NCBI GenBank assembly: GCA_021773395.1
Contig: JAJFKB010000002.1
Coordinates: 513,050 to 577,049 of the forward strand
Source of the DNA: Gammaproteobacteria bacterium
GTDB taxonomy: Bacteria; Pseudomonadota; Gammaproteobacteria; Pseudomonadales; IMCC2047
DNA: 64,000 nucleotides
Direction of reading: 5' to 3'
Shown here: positions 43,054 to 55,129 of the stretch, piece by piece
Position numbering within the stretch: the first letter of the stretch is position 1
Layout: every line of letters begins with the position of its first letter
Position numbers and translations under genes: made by a program
The notes under the pieces: generated by a model
Told to the model about the DNA's origin: nothing
The model's database searches: none
The model's input: the letters and a program-made list of their open reading frames with translations, nothing else

Positions 43054-43159
43054 AAATAGGGGCTCAAAGGGGTCTTAATTTTAAAATCAGGCGCGAATAC
43101 TATCAAATTTCCATTAAACTGTTAACTATATAAGGCAATTTGCCCAGCCAAAAATCATA

Positions 43160-43201
43160 TAAAAGGGTCCGCACTGAGACGATGGCCTAGTCCCAGTGCG
43201 G
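43160..43201 (-). terminator. possible terminator/attenuator between ftsZ and lpxC
   Basis: The minus strand reads CCGCACTG-N17-CAGTGCGG followed by ACCCTTTTAT. The loop is long and the T-run is interrupted, so support is weak. Confidence 0.35.
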
Positions 43202-43215
43202 AATTATGACTTAAT

Positions 43216-44373
43216 CTAGTCAGCCTGGCGACGCAAAAATGCAGGGATATCCAGATAGTCCATATCTCTCGCAGCAGCAGAATTATGGTCAATTGCCGCA
43301 TTACCCATTGCCTGCTTGCGCATTACAGTTGGCCGATCCAGCTTTCCATAATCAACACTGCCGTCTGCTCGGGGCTTTTGTTCAACTACTTCCATCTTAG
43401 GCTTCAGCCTATCGTCACCCAGACCAGTTGCAACAACAGTTACACGCAGGTCATCACCCATCTCTGGATCAATAACCGTACCTACCACGACGGTTGCATT
43501 ATCTGACGCGAAATCCTCTACAATTTCACCCACTTCAGAGAACTCACCCAGCGACAAACTAGGTCCTGCAGTGATATTGACCAGTATCCCGCGCGCTCCC
43601 TGAAGATTTACGTCTTCCAGTAATGGACTACGCACAGCAGCCTCGGCCGCTTCTTTCGCTCTAAACTCTCCGGAGGCAAAACCACTGCCCATCATTGCCA
43701 TCCCCATCTCTGACATCACGGTGCGCACATCAGCGAAATCCACATTAATCATTCCAGGACGTATTATGAGATCCGCAATACCCTGCACAGCACCTAGCAA
43801 TACATCATTCGCCGCACCGAACGCTTTTAACAAACTGGTATTCTCACCCAGTACTGTCATCAATTTTTCATTCGGAATGGTAATCAAGGAATCTACATAC
43901 TCACCCAATGCTGCGATGCCTGCTTCAGCTATCTGCGCACGCTTACGCCCTTCAAAGGCAAAGGGTTTCGTCACCACAGCTACGGTAAGAATGCCTAGCT
44001 CTTTAGCAACCTGGGCCACCACTGGCGCGGCGCCCGTACCGGTGCCGCCACCCATGCCAGCGGTAATGAACACCATGTCAGCGCCTTCCAACACTTCGGC
44101 GATCCGATCACAGTCTTCCATCGCGGCCTGACGCCCAACTTCCGGATTTGCTCCAGCACCCAGCCCTTTGGTAACTTGACCGCCCAACTGCAATATGGTC
44201 TTGGCAGGTATCGATTTGAGCGCCTGAGCATCCGTATTCGCGCAAATAAATTCAACACCTTCCACATTATTTTCGAGCATATGTTTCAGCGCATTTCCAC
44301 CGCCTCCGCCAACGCCCACCACTTTTATTTCCGCACTTTGAGGAACACTATCTACAAGTTCAAACATGGCCAT
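43216..44373 (-). CDS. ftsZ: cell division GTPase FtsZ
   Basis: 385 aa with the tubulin signature [11 protein letters not shown] and the C-terminal peptide [14 protein letters not shown]. Confidence 0.99.
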   Translation of the reverse strand: MAMFELVDSVPQSAEIKVVGVGGGGGNALKHMLENNVEGVEFICANTDAQALKSIPAKTILQLGGQVTKGLGAGANPEVGRQAAMEDCDRIAEVLEGADMVFITAGMGGGTGTGAAPVVAQVAKELGILTVAVVTKPFAFEGRKRAQIAEAGIAALGEYVDSLITIPNEKLMTVLGENTSLLKAFGAANDVLLGAVQGIADLIIRPGMINVDFADVRTVMSEMGMAMMGSGFASGEFRAKEAAEAAVRSPLLEDVNLQGARGILVNITAGPSLSLGEFSEVGEIVEDFASDNATVVVGTVIDPEMGDDLRVTVVATGLGDDRLKPKMEVVEQKPRADGSVDYGKLDRPTVMRKQAMGNAAIDHNSAAARDMDYLDIPAFLRRQAD

Positions 44374-44420
44374 CTCCTTTACTATATTTAATTTTAATTT
44401 GTAAAACTTTTTTTATAGGT

Positions 44421-45656
44421 TTAAAAATTATCTTTAAACCAACTTCTTATTCGCCCAATTACACTCGCAACACTCAACCCCCTTTTAGGGTCATCTCCGC
44501 CTTCCAACTTCTGCTTTTGCCCGTAGATCAGCAACCCTACACCGGTTGAATAGATAGGGTTTCTTACAATATCCAGCAACCCATCCACCCCCTGAGGTAT
44601 CGCCAACCTTACTGGCATATGAAAAATCTCCTCCGCAAGATCCACCACACCTTCCATTTTTGAAGTACCTCCAGTTAACACGATGCCCGCTGCCACCAGG
44701 TCTTCAAATCCACTGCGCCTTAACTCTGCCTGAATTAGCGTAAACAGCTCTTCGTAGCGCGGTTCAACTACCTCAGCCAATGCCTGCCGCGATAAATCAC
44801 GCGGTGGGCGGTCGCCGACACTAGGGACTTTTATGGTTTGTTCCGGCCCCGCCAACTGAGTCAGGGCACAGGCGTACTTTATCTTTATTTCTTCTGCATT
44901 CTGGGTCGGCGTTCTCAATGCCATGGCGATGTCATTAGTGACCTGATCCCCGGCAATTGGAATAACTGCGGTGTGCCGAATGGAGCCATCAACAAAAACC
45001 GCTATATCGGTAGTGCCTCCACCAATATCAACCATACAAACACCCAGCTCTTTCTCATCTTCGGTTATCACCGCATAACTCGATGCCAGTTGCTCAAGAA
45101 TGATATCGTCAACTTCAAGGCCACACCGACGAATACATTTCTCAATATTTTGCGCGGCATTCGCAGCGCAAGTCACCACATGAACCTTGGCCTCAAGTCT
45201 TACACCCGACATCCCCAACGGCTCTTTCACCCCCTCCTGCTCATCAATAATGTACTCCTGCGGCAGTATATGAAGTACCTTTTGATCTGCCGGTATAGCA
45301 ACAGCTTGAGCCGCATCAATCACTCGATCCATATCGCCTCGAACCACTTCACGATCCCTGATAGCAACGATGCCGTGAGAATTCATACCCTTGATATGAC
45401 TACCGGCTATTCCCGCATAGACTGAATGGATCTGACAACCCGCCATCAGCTCTGCCTCTTCCACCGCCCGCTGTATGGACTGCACGGTTGATTCAATATT
45501 GACCACCACACCTTTCTTCATACCTCGAGCAGGATGGCTACCGATCCCAACCACTTCCAGGGAACCGTCCGCAGTCATCTCACCAACGATAGCCACCACC
45601 TTGGATGTACCTATATCCAATCCAACGATCATATTGTTCGCTGTTGATCCGGCCAT
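44421..45656 (-). CDS. ftsA: cell division protein FtsA
   Basis: 411 aa with an actin-like fold (VGLDIGTSKV...DIGGGTTDIAV) and a C-terminal amphipathic helix. Confidence 0.98.
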   Translation of the reverse strand: MAGSTANNMIVGLDIGTSKVVAIVGEMTADGSLEVVGIGSHPARGMKKGVVVNIESTVQSIQRAVEEAELMAGCQIHSVYAGIAGSHIKGMNSHGIVAIRDREVVRGDMDRVIDAAQAVAIPADQKVLHILPQEYIIDEQEGVKEPLGMSGVRLEAKVHVVTCAANAAQNIEKCIRRCGLEVDDIILEQLASSYAVITEDEKELGVCMVDIGGGTTDIAVFVDGSIRHTAVIPIAGDQVTNDIAMALRTPTQNAEEIKIKYACALTQLAGPEQTIKVPSVGDRPPRDLSRQALAEVVEPRYEELFTLIQAELRRSGFEDLVAAGIVLTGGTSKMEGVVDLAEEIFHMPVRLAIPQGVDGLLDIVRNPIYSTGVGLLIYGQKQKLEGGDDPKRGLSVASVIGRIRSWFKDNF

Positions 45657-45671
45657 ACTGTTTTTCTCTTG

Positions 45672-46490
45672 TTATGCATTAGAGTTACCCGACCAGCGCA
45701 GTATTGCGGCCGCTTTATTATTTTCTTTCCAACTAACAGAAACACCATGGGTATAACGTAGATCAACCCGTTCAATCTCAAGAATACGGGAGCGCAGCAC
45801 CTCTCGGTAAAGCCCCATAAACCGTATAACTTTCTCCTCAATCGCATCCCGACCCAAATAAATCCAAGGCCCTTCAGCTAACTGTACCCGCCATGCTCCC
45901 CGCTGTTCCTTTTGCAGTCTGGCAACAACCACACCTTCTTTAATCAGGCGTTCATTTAGCCAGTTATAGCGACTCAGCAGTTCGTAACGGCTTGCAAAAT
46001 CCCCTAGCAAAACTGGCAATTCAAACTGCGCAACGCCCTCTTCAGGTTTAAACACTACACCTTCAGAAGTCATTAGCTGATCAACATTCCATCGCAAATA
46101 GGGCTCTCGCTCGATTAGATCAATATGTAACAGGTTCGGCCATTTTCGTCTCACAGCAACCCTCTCAAGCCAGGGCTCTTCCACTAGTATTTTTCTTACT
46201 TCATCAAGATCTGCGGCAAACAGTCCCTCTGCCACCCGGCCCTGAACCATTTTCTCAATCTTCGTCACACTCAAATGGTTAAGCTGCCCACTCACACTGA
46301 CATGTTTTAGTGGCTGATCCAGTGTGCTAAATAGCTGTCTGCCACCAACAATCAAACCAACGACTAACGCAATCCCAATACAGGTTGAAAATAAGCGCCT
46401 CCAGGGAAAGCTGAGCGACTCACTCGTTTGCTGTCGAGTTGCCCCTTTCATAGTCGACTTCGCCTGTCTTTTGCGCTCTGCGTTACTCAA
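45672..46490 (-). CDS. ftsQ: cell division protein FtsQ
   Basis: 272 aa with a single TM segment and a POTRA-like domain. It lies between ddl and ftsA. Confidence 0.9.
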   Translation of the reverse strand: MSNAERKRQAKSTMKGATRQQTSESLSFPWRRLFSTCIGIALVVGLIVGGRQLFSTLDQPLKHVSVSGQLNHLSVTKIEKMVQGRVAEGLFAADLDEVRKILVEEPWLERVAVRRKWPNLLHIDLIEREPYLRWNVDQLMTSEGVVFKPEEGVAQFELPVLLGDFASRYELLSRYNWLNERLIKEGVVVARLQKEQRGAWRVQLAEGPWIYLGRDAIEEKVIRFMGLYREVLRSRILEIERVDLRYTHGVSVSWKENNKAAAILRWSGNSNA

Positions 46491-47485
46491 TTACTATCTC
46501 CCCGCTGCTCTTTCTGGAGACCAGTATTAGCCGTACTCAAAATTTGTAATGCCAGCTCCTGAAAATCCATACCGGCTGCTTTAGCTGCCATGGGCACCAA
46601 GCTATGGCTGGTCATTCCGGGAATGGTATTAACCTCCAAAAGTTGGAAATTTCCTCGACTATCTGTCATCAGGTCCACCCTGCCCCAACCAAAACAACCC
46701 AGACTATTGAATGCCTGCAAAGCAAGATCCTGTATTTCCTTTTCTTTTTCCCCCGACAAACCACAGGGAATCAGATACTCAGTATCATCATCGACATACT
46801 TCGCCTGATAATCATAAAATTCCCGCTCGGTCTTCAATCGAATAACCGGAAGTGTCCGGCCCTTTAATACCGCCACGGTGTACTCTTCCCCCACTAACCA
46901 CTGTTCTGCCATAACCTGTGAGTCAAAATGTGCTGCCTGCTGATAAGCTTCCTGTAATTCAGTGCTCTGCCGTGCTTTCATCATGCCTACACTGGAACCC
47001 TCGTGAACCGGCTTAATCATTAACGGCAATCCCAGCTGACTCGCAATCTCCTCCCAGTCCGTTGCCTCTGACAGTATCGCGAAGCCTGCAGTAGGCAGTC
47101 CCATGCCCTGCCATAAAAACTTGCAGCGTACTTTATCCATAGCTAAAGCTGATGCTGCCATTCGATTCCCGGTGTAGGGTAATCCCAGAAACTCAAGTAA
47201 ACTGGCAATACTTCCGTCCTCCCCCTCTCCTCCATGCAGCATGTTAAACACAGTATCCACCGGTTGTTTTTGCAGCTGCTGGATAATATTTAACTCGCCG
47301 CCTTCACCGAAAGCGTCTATAGCAAATGCACTCACTCCAGCATCAAGCAGCGCTGCCAGTACCGCATTACCACTTTTGATCGATACCTCTCTCTCCGAGG
47401 TGCGCCCACCCATCAACACGGCCACTCTTCCGTAATCATCTGGATTAACGGGCCGAAAAAGCTCTGTTAATACCCCGGAACTCAA
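46487..47485 (-). CDS. ddl: D-alanine--D-alanine ligase
   Basis: 332 aa with an ATP-grasp fold (...[15 protein letters not shown]...[13 protein letters not shown]). It overlaps ftsQ by 4 nt. Confidence 0.95.
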   Translation of the reverse strand: MSSGVLTELFRPVNPDDYGRVAVLMGGRTSEREVSIKSGNAVLAALLDAGVSAFAIDAFGEGGELNIIQQLQKQPVDTVFNMLHGGEGEDGSIASLLEFLGLPYTGNRMAASALAMDKVRCKFLWQGMGLPTAGFAILSEATDWEEIASQLGLPLMIKPVHEGSSVGMMKARQSTELQEAYQQAAHFDSQVMAEQWLVGEEYTVAVLKGRTLPVIRLKTEREFYDYQAKYVDDDTEYLIPCGLSGEKEKEIQDLALQAFNSLGCFGWGRVDLMTDSRGNFQLLEVNTIPGMTSHSLVPMAAKAAGMDFQELALQILSTANTGLQKEQRGDSN

Positions 47486-48945
47486 TTTTTTCCTCCCTTT
47501 GGCCCGTGCAACTGCAGCTTCATAACTGCCAACTGCGATGAGAGTGTCCCGATATTTCCAGCACCCTGCGTCAGCAGTACATCGCCATCCTTCAACACAT
47601 CAGCTAATACCGACACTAGCTCAGCCCCCTGATCGATAAATATCGGGTCAACCACCCCACGCTGTCTAAGGCTGGCACACAAATTACGACTGTCCGCTCC
47701 AGGTATAGGCTGCTCGTCTGCCGGATACACTTCCATCAGCAACAATAGATCGACTTCAGATAAGACCTGTACAAAATCATCATAAAGATCTCGAGTTCGT
47801 GTATAACGATGCGGCTGGTAAATCATCACCAGACGTCGGCCCGGCCAGCTGGCGCGCACCGTGTCGATGGTGGCTTTCACTTCACGCGGATGATGGCCAT
47901 AATCATCCACCATCAGCACTTTTCCCTGACCAGTTTCATATTCACCATTAATCTGAAACCGTCGACCTACTCCACTGAAGTTACTGAGCGCTGTTGTTAT
48001 CGCCTTATCCGCGACACCTTCATCTGTCGCGACCGCAATCGCAGCCAATGCATTTAAAACATTGTGTTGTCCCGGCACATTGAGCGTGATATCAAGATCC
48101 TTATGAACTCCGGGACGCTGCACAGTGAAATGCATCGTTAAATTATGATGTTTGATATTAACCGCCCGATAATCAGCCGCCTCATTAACGCCGTAAGTCA
48201 CCACAGGACGACTTATCAATGGCAGAATTTCCTGAACATTCGGATCATCGCTGCAAACTACCGCCAGGCCGTAAAATGGCAGGTTATGCAGGAACTGAAT
48301 AAAGGTCTCCTTGAGCTTTCCAAAATCACTTTCATAGGTTGTCATATGATCCATATCAATATTAGTGACCACTGACAGCATCGGCTGAAGATGTAAAAAT
48401 GACGCGTCACTTTCGTCCGCCTCGGCCACCAGATAACGGCTTGCTCCGAGTTTTGCATTAGTTCCAGCGCTATTTAGTAGACCACCAATAACAAAGGTCG
48501 GATCCAATCCTGCCTCCGCCAAAAGCGATGCAATCAAACTGGTGGTTGTGGTTTTACCGTGGGTACCTGCGACCGCAATACTATGTCGATAACGCATTAA
48601 TTCGGCCAGCATCTCCGCCCTTGGCACAATCGGAATACGGTTCGCCTTGGCAAATTCTATTTCAGGATTCTGCTGTGCAATCGCGCTGGAAACTACTAAC
48701 ACATCAGCGCCTTTGACATTCTCAGCCTTGTGACCAATATGCACGGTCATACCAAGCGACTGCAGGCGCTCTACTACCGCACTCTTGCGCACATCTGAAC
48801 CGCTGATCTTATAGCCCTGGTTTAGCAGTACCTCCGCGATACCGCTCATCCCTGCACCACCAATCCCAATAAAGTGAATCTGGTGAATACGCCGCATTTC
48901 CGGTACCACAAATGTTGAGGAGGTCGTGTTTCTTTTCTCAGGCAT
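47482..48945 (-). CDS. murC: UDP-N-acetylmuramate--L-alanine ligase
   Basis: Trimmed to MPEKRN...[18 protein letters not shown]...[11 protein letters not shown]. The ATG overlaps the murG stop (ATGCCTGA). Confidence 0.95.
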   Translation of the reverse strand: MPEKRNTTSSTFVVPEMRRIHQIHFIGIGGAGMSGIAEVLLNQGYKISGSDVRKSAVVERLQSLGMTVHIGHKAENVKGADVLVVSSAIAQQNPEIEFAKANRIPIVPRAEMLAELMRYRHSIAVAGTHGKTTTTSLIASLLAEAGLDPTFVIGGLLNSAGTNAKLGASRYLVAEADESDASFLHLQPMLSVVTNIDMDHMTTYESDFGKLKETFIQFLHNLPFYGLAVVCSDDPNVQEILPLISRPVVTYGVNEAADYRAVNIKHHNLTMHFTVQRPGVHKDLDITLNVPGQHNVLNALAAIAVATDEGVADKAITTALSNFSGVGRRFQINGEYETGQGKVLMVDDYGHHPREVKATIDTVRASWPGRRLVMIYQPHRYTRTRDLYDDFVQVLSEVDLLLLMEVYPADEQPIPGADSRNLCASLRQRGVVDPIFIDQGAELVSVLADVLKDGDVLLTQGAGNIGTLSSQLAVMKLQLHGPKGGKN

Positions 48946-50053
48946 AACAGGCCTCCAAACAATAATCCGCTGCCTGCTCCGCTGCATTAAACTGCGCCAA
49001 AGCACGTGCTTTCCTGGCCATGGCAAGCAACTTGCTGCGCGAATCAAACGTTTCAGTTAGCAATTGAAACAATTTGTGAGCCGTCAATTCCCTTTGCGGC
49101 AGTATCACTGCTGCCCCGGCACTCTCAAGATACCGTGCATTTTCGGTTTGATGATCATCTACTGCATAGGGATAAGGGACAAAAACAGCAGGCAGACCGA
49201 CGCAACTGATTTCAGACACCGTTAGCGCACCGGCTCGACAAACGATAAGATCGGCCCATTCATAAGCTTCGTTCATGCTGTTAATAAAAGCCTCTACTCG
49301 GGCCTCAACCTTGACTTTCTGGTAGTGTTCCAGGGTAGCCTCGCAGTTTTGTTGACCCGTCTGATGCCAAATTTGAGGCCGCTGCTCTGCTGGAAACATA
49401 GCCAACGTTTCTGGCAATATTTGATTGAGCACCTGCGCACCCAGACTTCCCCCTAAAACAAGAATCCTGAGCGGACCTTCACGCCCATCAAGCCTTGATT
49501 CCGGAGGATCAAGCTCCACAATATCCGCGCGCACTGGATTTCCAATACAGCGCACTTTTGCTGGTGCAGGATCGCCAAAAGCGCTCGGAAAGGCCGCCAT
49601 AACCCGACCAGCCAGACGAAACAACAAGCGGTTGGTAACACCAGCGATGGCATTTTGCTCATGAATGAGCAACGGTTTACGTAGCAACCAGGCAGCCACC
49701 CCTCCCGGGCCGGAGGCAAAACCGCCCATGCCCAGCACACAATCGGGCTTAGTGCGCACGATCACCGCCATAGACTGGACTACCGCACTGAAAACCTTAA
49801 CCGGTGCCAGCAGCCTTTTAATCATGCTTTTGCCCCGTACGCCGGATACACTAATATAGGTAATGGGTATATCCTCTCGAGTTACAAGCTGTGATTCGAT
49901 CCCCCGCCGTGTCCCTAACCATTGGATAGATACACCCTGCTGTTGCAGTTGGTGGGCTACCGCCAGCGCAGGAAAAACATGACCTCCGGTTCCACCTGCC
50001 ATAATCAGTACTGTCATCCTCTCCGCTTTTTTCTCGTCGTTTAAATCATTCAT
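48938..50053 (-). CDS. murG: undecaprenyldiphospho-muramoylpentapeptide beta-N-acetylglucosaminyltransferase
   Basis: 371 aa reading [16 protein letters not shown]...RAGALTVSE. Confidence 0.96.
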   Translation of the reverse strand: MNDLNDEKKAERMTVLIMAGGTGGHVFPALAVAHQLQQQGVSIQWLGTRRGIESQLVTREDIPITYISVSGVRGKSMIKRLLAPVKVFSAVVQSMAVIVRTKPDCVLGMGGFASGPGGVAAWLLRKPLLIHEQNAIAGVTNRLLFRLAGRVMAAFPSAFGDPAPAKVRCIGNPVRADIVELDPPESRLDGREGPLRILVLGGSLGAQVLNQILPETLAMFPAEQRPQIWHQTGQQNCEATLEHYQKVKVEARVEAFINSMNEAYEWADLIVCRAGALTVSEISCVGLPAVFVPYPYAVDDHQTENARYLESAGAAVILPQRELTAHKLFQLLTETFDSRSKLLAMARKARALAQFNAAEQAADYCLEACYA

Positions 50054-51228
50054 TTGCGAGGTTTCTCTCGAGTGGCAGATACCTGCTGCCCCTCATAGTC
50101 AACGCGCAGCACAATAGCAATTGACATACAACAAACAATTAGACTGCTACCGCCATAACTCAATAGAGGCAAAGTCAGTCCCTTAGTGGGCAGTAGGCCG
50201 GTATTAACTCCGATATTAATCAATGCCTGTGCGCCCAGAAGCAGCGCTATCCCATAACTTAAATAGGCAGAGAAAAATTTACCTGCGTACTCAGCTCGGC
50301 GCCCAATCGACATACAGCGGAAAACCATTGCCACAAACAATCCAATAACCAGAATAGATCCAAACAAACCCATCTCTTCAGCCCAGATCGCAAACACAAA
50401 ATCGGTATGCGCCTCGGGAAGATAAAACAGCTTCTGCACACTATTCCCAAGACCAACACCCCACCACTCCCCTCGACCAAAAGCGATAAGCGCCTGCGTG
50501 AGCTGATAACCGCTCGCGTAAACATTTTCCTCCGCCCAGGGATCCATAAATGTAATAAGTCTCTGTAAGCGATAGGGTTGCGAAACAGCGACCAGCACCA
50601 TAGCCACTAGGCTGACACTAATGAGCACCACAAACTGGATTAGTCGTACACCGCCCAGAAACATCATGCCCAAAGCGGCTGTCATCAAAACGACTACGGC
50701 CCCAAAATCAGGCTCCAGTAACAACAAGACGATAGCCATCATCAATACCGCCATTGGCTTTATAAAGCCGGACCATTGGCTACGCACCTCCTTTAATCGT
50801 CTGGCGAGATATCCCGCCAGGTAAACTACCAGAAGCAGTTTCGCCAATTCCGATACCTGTCCACCCAGTGGTCCTATTTGAATCCAGCGCATACTACCGT
50901 TCACTTCTCGTCCAATTCCCGGCAGCAGTACGAGGCCCAGCAGCAACAATGCAAGTACCAGTAATAGCCAGCCCGCTTTTCTCCAAAACTTAATCGGTAT
51001 ACAAAAAGTCACAGCGCCCACAGCGGCCGCCAGACTCAAATAAACCAGATGCCGTATCAAGTGGTAGAACGGCGTATCGTATTTTGCCTGAGCAACCTCC
51101 GTAGAGGCAGAACTGACAACTACTATACCGATCGCAACCAGCAACCCAGTGATCAGAATAAGCTGACGATCCAGCCGCGGCATCAACAACCCTTTCGGTG
51201 ACTTTAATCGCTCAACCAGAGAGCTCAT
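50050..51228 (-). CDS. ftsW: SEDS-family peptidoglycan polymerase FtsW
   Basis: 392 aa with 10 TM segments, reading ...LPEAHTDFVFA...LTLPLLSYGGSS. Confidence 0.95.
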   Translation of the reverse strand: MSSLVERLKSPKGLLMPRLDRQLILITGLLVAIGIVVVSSASTEVAQAKYDTPFYHLIRHLVYLSLAAAVGAVTFCIPIKFWRKAGWLLLVLALLLLGLVLLPGIGREVNGSMRWIQIGPLGGQVSELAKLLLVVYLAGYLARRLKEVRSQWSGFIKPMAVLMMAIVLLLLEPDFGAVVVLMTAALGMMFLGGVRLIQFVVLISVSLVAMVLVAVSQPYRLQRLITFMDPWAEENVYASGYQLTQALIAFGRGEWWGVGLGNSVQKLFYLPEAHTDFVFAIWAEEMGLFGSILVIGLFVAMVFRCMSIGRRAEYAGKFFSAYLSYGIALLLGAQALINIGVNTGLLPTKGLTLPLLSYGGSSLIVCCMSIAIVLRVDYEGQQVSATREKPRK

Positions 51229-52616
51229 TTCAAGGCCCTCACCGCGGTAACGAAAGCGTCCCCTCGTGCCTCGAAATTTTCAAACATATCAAAACTGGCA
51301 CAGGCTGGAGCCAGCATCACCACATCCCCTTCACGTGCCAGGTTTGATGCCTCAAAAACGGCCTGATTCATAGTCTCAACCATTTCAATGGGCATAGCTA
51401 AGCCGCAATCGATCACCGAAGATCTAATCTGCTCCGCATCCTTTCCCATCAGTATCAATGCACGACAATGCAGATTGGCCGCCGGAACCAACCCATCGAA
51501 CGATGCACCTTTCGCATCCCCACCCGCAATCAGGATAACTCTTCCTGATATTGCGGTGCCTACTCCTTGCAATGCAGCGACCGCTGCCCCCACATTGGTT
51601 GCTTTCGAATCGTTATAATAATCCACGCCATGATGACAGCCGACCCACTGACAGCGATGAGGCAAACCAGAAAACTCCTGCAGAGCCGTCACCATAGCCG
51701 ACAGGGGCAGCCCCACCGAATGGCCTAACGCCATTGCAGCCAATGCATTACTCAGGTTATGCCTACCCCTGATTTTCAAGTCGATCAACGGCATCAGTGT
51801 TTTCTCACCTAAGGCCAGACACTCAGTGTCCGATTGAATCCTCACGCCAAACTGCCCCGCTTCCGGTTGCTGTAAAGTGAATCCAATTGTCGGCTTATTT
51901 GACGGCAATAGGCTTTGCGTATCAGGTTCATCCAAATTGACCACCACCTTACGGCAACCTCTGAAAATACGCTGCTTGGCCTGGCGATAGTCCGCATCGC
52001 TTTCATATCGATCCATGTGATCTGCGCTGATATTCAAAATGGTGGCCACTTCAGCCTGCAGCTTATGCGTGACCTCCAACTGAAAGCTCGAAAGCTCAAG
52101 AACATAAAGTTCCGGTGAGTCATCTTCACCAGAGGTTTGCGGCAGCAAATCCAGCACCGGTGTCCCTAAATTTCCGCCAACAGCAACTTTTTTACCGGCT
52201 TGCTCTGCCATTAAACCAACCAGAGTAGTAACAGTACTTTTGGCATTCGAGCCGGTAATTGCTATAACCGGCGCCTCAACCGCACCACAAAACAGATCAA
52301 TATCGCTCGACACTTCAACTCCAGCCCTAATGGCTGCGGCAATAGCCGGATTACTTACCGCCATGCCTGGGCTGACAATCAGTGTCTCTGCCTTACACAG
52401 CAGTTGCTCGTCCAGCGGCCCGGTATGTACTTCAACATCGGCAATCTGGGACCGTAACTCTGCCTCATAGGGCGGATGCTGCCGCGTATCCAGCACCACA
52501 AAATCAGTACCCGTGGACGCCAAATAACGAGCACAGGAAAAGCCGGTTTTCCCCAAACCAATGACCACGACTGATGGACGCCTGGTAATCATTTGCTTTT
52601 CCGCTGTTTCCTTCAT
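51225..52616 (-). CDS. murD: UDP-N-acetylmuramoylalanine--D-glutamate ligase
   Basis: 463 aa with VIGLGKTG and ITGSNAKSTVTT (Mur ligase P-loop). The alternative start is Met9. Confidence 0.95.
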   Translation of the reverse strand: MKETAEKQMITRRPSVVVIGLGKTGFSCARYLASTGTDFVVLDTRQHPPYEAELRSQIADVEVHTGPLDEQLLCKAETLIVSPGMAVSNPAIAAAIRAGVEVSSDIDLFCGAVEAPVIAITGSNAKSTVTTLVGLMAEQAGKKVAVGGNLGTPVLDLLPQTSGEDDSPELYVLELSSFQLEVTHKLQAEVATILNISADHMDRYESDADYRQAKQRIFRGCRKVVVNLDEPDTQSLLPSNKPTIGFTLQQPEAGQFGVRIQSDTECLALGEKTLMPLIDLKIRGRHNLSNALAAMALGHSVGLPLSAMVTALQEFSGLPHRCQWVGCHHGVDYYNDSKATNVGAAVAALQGVGTAISGRVILIAGGDAKGASFDGLVPAANLHCRALILMGKDAEQIRSSVIDCGLAMPIEMVETMNQAVFEASNLAREGDVVMLAPACASFDMFENFEARGDAFVTAVRALK

Positions 52617-52674
52617 TCAGGTTCTTTGTTGTTTACGTTTCGTTAACATTCATTGATGCTATGGCCAACCTCGT

Positions 52675-53757
52675 TCATCGCAACTTCAAGGTCGAGAGGC
52701 CCAGCAACACCAGAAATAGAGTAATGATCCAGAACCTCACAATTACCCTCGGCTCTGGCCAGCCTTTTAACTCAAAATGGTGATGTATCGGCGCCATTCG
52801 AAAGATACGTTTGCCCGTTAGCTTGTATGAACCAACCTGCAGAATGACGGACACCGTTTCCATGACAAAAATACCACCCATAATAAACAGTACGATCTCT
52901 TGTCGGACGATAACCGCCACTGTACCCAATGCCGCTCCGAGGGCCAAAGCGCCTACATCGCCCATAAATACCTGTGCCGGATAAGTGTTAAACCATAGAA
53001 AACCAAGACCTGCACCAACGATCGACGCACAAAAAACCACTAACTCACCCGCCCCCGGCAGATGAGGTATATTCAGATATTGTGAAAACTGAACATGACC
53101 ACTCAAATAGGCAAAAATGCCGAGCGCCGCACCCACCATCACCGTTGGCATGATCGCCAGCCCATCGAGACCGTCAGTCAAGTTGACGGCATTACTGGTC
53201 CCTACTACGACGAAGTAACTCAATACAATAAAAAACAAACCCAATTGGATCGCGATATCTTTAAAAAACGGTACGATTAACACTGTTTCAACAGGGCTGA
53301 TCGCCGTGTAATAAAGAAACAAAGCAACCCCTAAACCACCTACCGATTGCCAGAGGTACTTCCAGCGCGCGGGTAAGCCGCGTGAGTTTCGCTCCACTAC
53401 CTTGCGGTAATCATCAACCCATCCGACTGCGCCAAATACGAAGGTGACACCCAACACGGCCCATACATAACGATTCGACATATCCGCCCAAAGCACCGTA
53501 CTAATCAGGATAGCCACCAAAATAAGCGCCCCGCCCATGGTGGGCGTGCCGACTTTGCTCAAGTGCGTTTTTGGCCCATCATCACGGATTGTCTGACCGA
53601 TTTGATGGTGGCTCAGACGCCTGATCATTACCGGACCAACTAATAGCGAAATGACTAATGCCGTCATCACACCCAAAATTCCACGTAATGTCAGGTACTG
53701 AAAAACTGTGAAAAAGCGATCAAACTGAGAAAGGTATTCGGCCAGACTTAGTAGCAT
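52675..53757 (-). CDS. mraY: phospho-N-acetylmuramoyl-pentapeptide transferase
   Basis: 360 aa reading ...GTPTMGG...[13 protein letters not shown]...HHHFE. Confidence 0.97.
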   Translation of the reverse strand: MLLSLAEYLSQFDRFFTVFQYLTLRGILGVMTALVISLLVGPVMIRRLSHHQIGQTIRDDGPKTHLSKVGTPTMGGALILVAILISTVLWADMSNRYVWAVLGVTFVFGAVGWVDDYRKVVERNSRGLPARWKYLWQSVGGLGVALFLYYTAISPVETVLIVPFFKDIAIQLGLFFIVLSYFVVVGTSNAVNLTDGLDGLAIMPTVMVGAALGIFAYLSGHVQFSQYLNIPHLPGAGELVVFCASIVGAGLGFLWFNTYPAQVFMGDVGALALGAALGTVAVIVRQEIVLFIMGGIFVMETVSVILQVGSYKLTGKRIFRMAPIHHHFELKGWPEPRVIVRFWIITLFLVLLGLSTLKLR

Positions 53758-55124
53758 TATTTTTCTCCTCCGGTAATGGCCGCCACAACCTCTTCCATAT
53801 GCGCACTGCGTGATCCTTTAATCAGCACGGTTGTATGTTTATTCATTATTTTTACCAGCATTTCAACAAGGAGCTCTTTGCTCGCAAAAGCACTACCTCG
53901 ATCCCCAAAGACACGTGCCGCATGTGCACTCAGGGTGCCCACTGAAATAAGCTGATCTACTCCCTGCTCCAGCGCATAGCGAGCGGAATCAACATGAGCA
54001 GCAAACGCAATATCGCCCAACTCAGCCATATCACCAAGCACCAGCACTTTGCGTCCCTGGGACTGACAAAGCACATCGATCGCTGCCTTCAGCGACTCAG
54101 GATTCGCATTGTATGAATCATCGATAACCAGCGCCCCATTAATACCGGTTTTCAGGAACAAGCGACCAGCGACAGATCCAGTTTGCTCCAACCCTCGTTG
54201 GATCTGCTCCAGATTAGCCCCCAGGACACTGGCTCCAGCAGCAGCAGCTAACGCATTCGATACATTATGAATACCCAACTGCTTTAACCGAATCCGAATC
54301 TCCCCTGCGGGGGATACCAGGTCAAAACTATAGGCGCCACTAGCATCCGTTACATGACAGTTTTTTGCATAAAAATCTGAACCTGCCGCTTCATCAAGAC
54401 TAAAAGTCAAGCACCTTCGCGATCCGGCTCTTTGTAGCCATTTATAGGCATTTAAATCATCACTGTTAATGACCGCTGTGCCTTCATCAGTGAGGCCATC
54501 AATAATCTCCCCTTTTGCCTGAACCACATTGTTGAGGCTTCCGAATCCTTCAATATGTGCATCCGCCGCATTAGTGATGATCGCCACATCAGGTTTGGTA
54601 AGAGATACGGTATAAGCAATTTCACCAATGGAGCTGGCGCCTAGCTCCATGACTGCATATTGATGCTCAGAAGAGATATCCAGCAGAGTTAACGGAACAC
54701 CTATTTCGTTATTAAAATTTCCCCGAGTTGCATGAACCTTGCCACATGCACCTAAAATGGATGCCACCATTTCCTTGACCGTGGTCTTTCCGGCACTACC
54801 TGTCACCGCCAGCACTTTCCCTGAAAAACATTCGCGGTTTAATGCCCCGAGATGACCCAGCGCACCCCGGGTATCCGCAACCCGCAACATTGGCAGCGAG
54901 CTCGTCATCTGCTTGCTAACGATGGCCGCTGCAGCTCCTGCGGACGCCACTTGCTCAACATAGGTATGCCCATCGAAATTTGGCCCCTTAATCGCAACAA
55001 ACAGATCACCCGCTTGCAGCGATCGACTATCAATGCTGATACTGGAAAAACTCGCGTTGCTGTTTAACAGCTCACCAGCCAGCCGTTCACTCACCTGCTG
55101 TAGCGTGAAAGTTTGTACCGTCAA
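53757..55124 (-). CDS. murF: UDP-N-acetylmuramoyl-tripeptide--D-alanyl-D-alanine ligase
   Basis: 455 aa with [13 protein letters not shown], in the dcw position between murE and mraY. Confidence 0.95.
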   Translation of the reverse strand: MTVQTFTLQQVSERLAGELLNSNASFSSISIDSRSLQAGDLFVAIKGPNFDGHTYVEQVASAGAAAAIVSKQMTSSLPMLRVADTRGALGHLGALNRECFSGKVLAVTGSAGKTTVKEMVASILGACGKVHATRGNFNNEIGVPLTLLDISSEHQYAVMELGASSIGEIAYTVSLTKPDVAIITNAADAHIEGFGSLNNVVQAKGEIIDGLTDEGTAVINSDDLNAYKWLQRAGSRRCLTFSLDEAAGSDFYAKNCHVTDASGAYSFDLVSPAGEIRIRLKQLGIHNVSNALAAAAGASVLGANLEQIQRGLEQTGSVAGRLFLKTGINGALVIDDSYNANPESLKAAIDVLCQSQGRKVLVLGDMAELGDIAFAAHVDSARYALEQGVDQLISVGTLSAHAARVFGDRGSAFASKELLVEMLVKIMNKHTTVLIKGSRSAHMEEVVAAITGGEK

Positions 55125-55129
55125 CTCTT

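Noticed and set aside
44838-45425. 195-aa plus-strand ORF inside ftsA, and similar ORFs inside ftsZ, secA, aceE, aceF and groEL
   Set aside because: They are antisense shadows of highly conserved genes and show no independent coding signal.
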